Origin: Myxococcota bacterium
Lineage (GTDB): Bacteria; Myxococcota_A; Polyangia; Polyangiales; Houyiibacteriaceae
Length of the DNA: 38,487 bases
Assembly (NCBI GenBank): GCA_039201085.1
Contig: JBCCRV010000002.1
Coordinates: 1-38,487, forward strand
Direction: 5' to 3'
Shown: in pieces, positions 35,726 through 38,487 of the stretch
Layout of the letters: each line of letters opens with the position of its first letter
Numbering within the stretch: the stretch's first letter is position 1
Made by a program: the position numbers and the translations under genes
The notes under the pieces: generated by a model
Told to the model about the DNA's origin: nothing
What the model saw: only the letters and a program-made list of their open reading frames with translations
The model's database searches: none

Positions 35726-37084
35726 ATGCGCTGTTCCTTTCCCGTTCGAACCGTCGCGTTCGTCGCGCTGGCCGCGACCCACCTCAGCGCGTGTGCCCGC
35801 TCAATCTCCCCGGAAGATGCCGCTGTCGACGACGACGGATCGACTCCGGACGTCGCCGTCCTTGGGGACGCCGAAACGCGGGACGCCGCGCCCGACGTTC
35901 TTGCGCTCGACGCCGCTCTCGACACCGCAGCGCAGGACACGGGGCCGTTCGACACTGCGATGCCTCTGGACGCGAGCCCGCCCGATGCCCTCGACGCTGC
36001 ACCGGTGGACACCGGGCCCTTCGACACTGCGATGCCTCTGGACGCGAGCCCGCCCGATGCCCTCGACGCTGCACCGGTGGATGCGAACGTCCCGCCCTCC
36101 GATTTCAATCGCGTGTTCGTCAGTTCGCAGACCTTTGCGATGAACCTTGGCGGCGTGGACCCGTACGATGAAGCCTGCAATCGCTTGGCATCGGCCGCAG
36201 GACTTCAGGCGCGGGACGCCGCCGGCTTCATCGCGTGGATAAGCAGTCAAGCAAGCGACGCCGCCAGCCGCTTGGGCGATGCTCGCGGCTTTGTGCGCAT
36301 GGACGGTCAGGCGTTCGCTGACGAGCTCCTCGCCAGTGAGGTGTTTCGAGGTGTGCGCTTCGACGAGCGCGGCACGCTTCTTCCGCCCGGGGAAAGCGCA
36401 GCGACGGGAACGAGGGCGGACGGTACGGCATCGTTTACACCAAACGGCAACTGCAACAACTGGACGTCCCGAGGCGCGCTCATGCTAACGGGACCAACCG
36501 ACGGCGGGCCTCGATCATGGACCAGTCGAGAGTCTGCCACGTGCTCGGTTGCTCGACGCATCTACTGCGTGGAAACGGTACGCACGCGCGAGCTCATACC
36601 TGAGCCCGAGACCGGCCGCTTGATCTACCTCACCAACGACGACTTCGAGCCCGGCGGAGACCTGGCACCCGAAGACGCATGCGAAGCGAGCAAACCGGAG
36701 GGCGCCGGCGACGTCGCGCCGCTCCTGGCGACGCTCGAAACGGCCGCGAGCGACGTGTTGGACGACGACGCAACGTACGTTCGTCCAGACGGCGTGGCCG
36801 TCGGTACGGGCGCAGAGCTTCGAGCCGGCGTCTGGCGCGCCGGCGCGTGGCAAGAGGGCAGCGGCGCCTACCCAAGCGACGTACGCCGCGTATGGACCGG
36901 AAGCGAGCGCATCGACCTCATCGGAGACATGGCTTGCGACAACTGGACCTCGGAATCCCGCGACCTGCGCGGCCACTACGGATTTCCCGCGTCACCCGTG
37001 GACGGAGCCTTCTGGACCACTCGAACGCGCCGATGCACCTCGACGTCGGATCTACGCCTCTACTGCGTCGAAACGTCCGACTAG
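35726..37084 (+). CDS. lipoprotein paralog of 23448..24731, with two endostatin-like/DUF1554-like modules
   Basis: ATG at 35726 gives MRCSFPVRTVAFVALAATHLSAC (lipobox). It shares long identical runs with the 23448 gene: NRVFVSSQTFAMNLGGV, ARRIYC, ETGRLIYLTN, RRVWTGSERIDL, DLRLYCVETSD. Confidence 0.8.
   Translation: MRCSFPVRTVAFVALAATHLSACARSISPEDAAVDDDGSTPDVAVLGDAETRDAAPDVLALDAALDTAAQDTGPFDTAMPLDASPPDALDAAPVDTGPFDTAMPLDASPPDALDAAPVDANVPPSDFNRVFVSSQTFAMNLGGVDPYDEACNRLASAAGLQARDAAGFIAWISSQASDAASRLGDARGFVRMDGQAFADELLASEVFRGVRFDERGTLLPPGESAATGTRADGTASFTPNGNCNNWTSRGALMLTGPTDGGPRSWTSRESATCSVARRIYCVETVRTRELIPEPETGRLIYLTNDDFEPGGDLAPEDACEASKPEGAGDVAPLLATLETAASDVLDDDATYVRPDGVAVGTGAELRAGVWRAGAWQEGSGAYPSDVRRVWTGSERIDLIGDMACDNWTSESRDLRGHYGFPASPVDGAFWTTRTRRCTSTSDLRLYCVETSD
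35936..36081 (+). repeat. in-frame 72-bp tandem duplication (2 copies, 24 aa each) in the linker of the lipoprotein gene
   Basis: 35948-36009 is identical to 36020-36081 (62 bp perfect), with near-identical flanks from 35936. It encodes DTGPFDTAMPLDASPPDALDAAPV twice. Confidence 0.9.
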
Positions 37085-37102
37085 CGAGGACTCGGGTGAA
37101 GC

Positions 37103-37330
37103 TCATTCATCGATGCCGAGGACGCGCTGAAGGCCCACAAGCGTTGCCCCGCCGATGACGATCGGGATCCCGAAGAGCGCGACGATGGGAATGCGCTCGA
37201 ACGGCCACAGGAACCACGTTCCCGCCAGCGCGCCAAGCCCAACGACACCTGCGCCCAAGATGGGCACGATGGCGAGCGGATTGCCGCGGCTCTTCTTGAG
37301 CGCGGCTCGAAACTCTTCTTCCTCGTTCAT
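37103..37330 (-). CDS. small two-TM membrane protein (75 aa)
   Basis: ATG start. Charged N-terminus MNEEEEFRAALKKSRG. TM segments LAIVPILGAGVVGLGALAGTWFLW and IVALFGIPIVIGGATLVGL. Confidence 0.5.
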   Translation of the reverse strand: MNEEEEFRAALKKSRGNPLAIVPILGAGVVGLGALAGTWFLWPFERIPIVALFGIPIVIGGATLVGLQRVLGIDE

Positions 37331-37629
37331 GACCAGACCCTACTCGGATCAGCGCGAAACGCTGTTACCCGCTTAGCGTAGCATTCCGACGACTCGACCC
37401 GCCTGCAACGGTCGACCGAACGGTTCGGGCCGTCGTTTAGGACGTTCATCAGGCCGTCCGTCAGTCGGCCCTTCCCGGATCGCTGAAACGCACCTTGACG
37501 GCCGCCACCGCGGCACCGATGCCGAACACGGTCCAGCCTGGCGGCGGCGACGGCAGTTGAGAGACGTCCTGCTTGACGGCGTCCGGTTCGTTGGCGCACC
37601 TCGGGGGACGCCGCTCACGTTGCCTCGGC

Positions 37630-37660
37630 GGTCCACCACCGGTCCACCACGGTCCACCTA
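37630..37660. repeat. three direct repeats of GGTCCACC(AC/TA) spaced 11 and 10 bp apart
   Basis: GGTCCACCAC at 37630-37639 and 37641-37650, and GGTCCACCTA at 37651-37660. They lie 113-143 bp upstream of the ATG at 37773. Confidence 0.8.
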
Positions 37661-37772
37661 GACCGGCGCTCCGACCCTTGCTTTTCCAGCGGTTGCCGAC
37701 GCGAGGGCGATGGCATGGGCTCTGCAATCCGTTCTTCCAAGGCTGGGGTCGAACCGGCCAAGGAAGGCAACG

Positions 37773-38487
37773 ATGACAAACGATTTTCAATCTTCGAAGT
37801 GCGTGTGGTGTTTGGCGGCGATGCTGCTCGGTGTGGGCTGTGGTGACGATTCGGCGGTCGATCGCTCCGAAGACGCGGGACCGACCACCGAGCTCGACGC
37901 CGGGCCAACGCCACCGGACGCGGCTATCGATGCCCGGGCGCCCATGCCGGGAGACGCAGCCGCAGACATGCGCGACGCCGAACTCACGGAAGATCGCGAC
38001 TACAGCTTCGTCGTCGACGGCGACGCGATCTCCATCGAAGCGGATCTGAGTGATGAAGTGCGTGACTCGTTCCCCGGCGCGGCAACGCAACGGGTCGACA
38101 TCAACACCGCCGATGACACTGTACTCATGCGGCTTCTCAACGCGGCGGGCGAACCCATACAGCTGTTCGCACTCGATCTCGAGGAGGCGCGCGACGGAAG
38201 CCGAACGGTGGAGGTCGAGTTCCCCGCCGAGGTTCCCACCACCTGTTCCGCCGTGCGCTGCTTCTGGGACTTCGACGCCGCTCCGGACGTCGGGGATCCC
38301 GCCACGGGTGCCCCCGCAGGGGACCACCTTGTGTTCACGGAAACGGCTCGCACGGTGACGACCGTGGGCGTGGTCGACGGAGTGAGCGTCACGACCGAGG
38401 CGCTGTTTGGCCCCGACGGTGAACTCGCCGACCTAAGGCGCACCGCCGACCAGGCGCCCAGCGACTGGACCGGCGAAGTCACCCTCG
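37773..38487 (+). CDS. lipoprotein, 3'-partial (runs off the window); not in the supplied ORF track
   Basis: ATG at 37773 is preceded by AAGGAAGG (37760-37767). I translated it by hand with no stop to 38487: MTNDFQSSKCVWCLAAMLLGVGCGDDSAVDRSEDAGPTTELDAGPTPPDAAIDARAPM... Lipobox LGVGC, then the same acidic linker style as the other lipoproteins. The track's antisense ORFs 37461..38327 and 38000..38482 are rejected. Confidence 0.7.
   Translation, partial: MTNDFQSSKCVWCLAAMLLGVGCGDDSAVDRSEDAGPTTELDAGPTPPDAAIDARAPMPGDAAADMRDAELTEDRDYSFVVDGDAISIEADLSDEVRDSFPGAATQRVDINTADDTVLMRLLNAAGEPIQLFALDLEEARDGSRTVEVEFPAEVPTTCSAVRCFWDFDAAPDVGDPATGAPAGDHLVFTETARTVTTVGVVDGVSVTTEALFGPDGELADLRRTADQAPSDWTGEVTL

Noticed and set aside
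37461-38327. 288-aa minus-strand ORF, and also 38000..38482 (160 aa)
   Set aside because: Both are antisense to the open plus-strand lipoprotein frame starting at 37773, which has an SD and a lipobox. Their composition is antisense-like.
1-38487. Scan for tRNA, rRNA, CRISPR arrays, IS elements, integrases and phage genes
   Set aside because: I saw no T-loop-like GGTTCGAATCC context outside coding sequence, no regularly spaced repeat-spacer array, and no transposase or integrase motifs. The only repeats are the short tandem or inverted ones listed.

Overview
High-G+C window with strong G/C at third codon positions. It looks like a chromosomal segment from a myxobacterium (Myxococcota): one protein ends in a MYXO-CTERM-type sorting tag, there is a Ser/Thr kinase fused to a STAND NTPase and TPR region, and there are many lipoproteins with Asp/Ala/Pro-rich linkers. 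I count about 30 protein-coding genes. I recognised no rRNA, tRNA, CRISPR array, transposase or integrase.

At least 9 genes encode lipobox lipoproteins, and several more encode signal-peptide or membrane proteins. These include Cys-rich repeat proteins, an RCC1 propeller, an SBBP-like propeller, an S9 peptidase, a parallel beta-helix protein and a PEGA protein.

Housekeeping or regulatory genes are an atypical SDR, an acyl-CoA carboxyltransferase, an XRE/MmyB-like regulator divergent from an Asp-nucleophile alpha/beta hydrolase, a HupE/UreJ-type transporter and a DoxX-like protein.

Most worth a second look:
- Two dispersed paralogous lipoproteins, each built from two tandem endostatin-like / DUF1554-like (C-type-lectin-fold) modules. 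One carries a fresh 72-bp in-frame duplication.
- A standalone baeRF3-like (archaeo-eukaryotic release-factor fold) gene preceded by AT-rich palindromes.
- A kinase-STAND-TPR protein with a 4 x 16-bp tandem repeat upstream.
- A perfect 12-bp hairpin covering the SD and start codons of the S9 peptidase.
- A zinc-ribbon plus TM mini-gene interrupted by one amber codon.
- A lipoprotein gene that runs off the 3' edge and is missing from the ORF track.

All family assignments come from motif recognition by eye. None has been confirmed by a database search.
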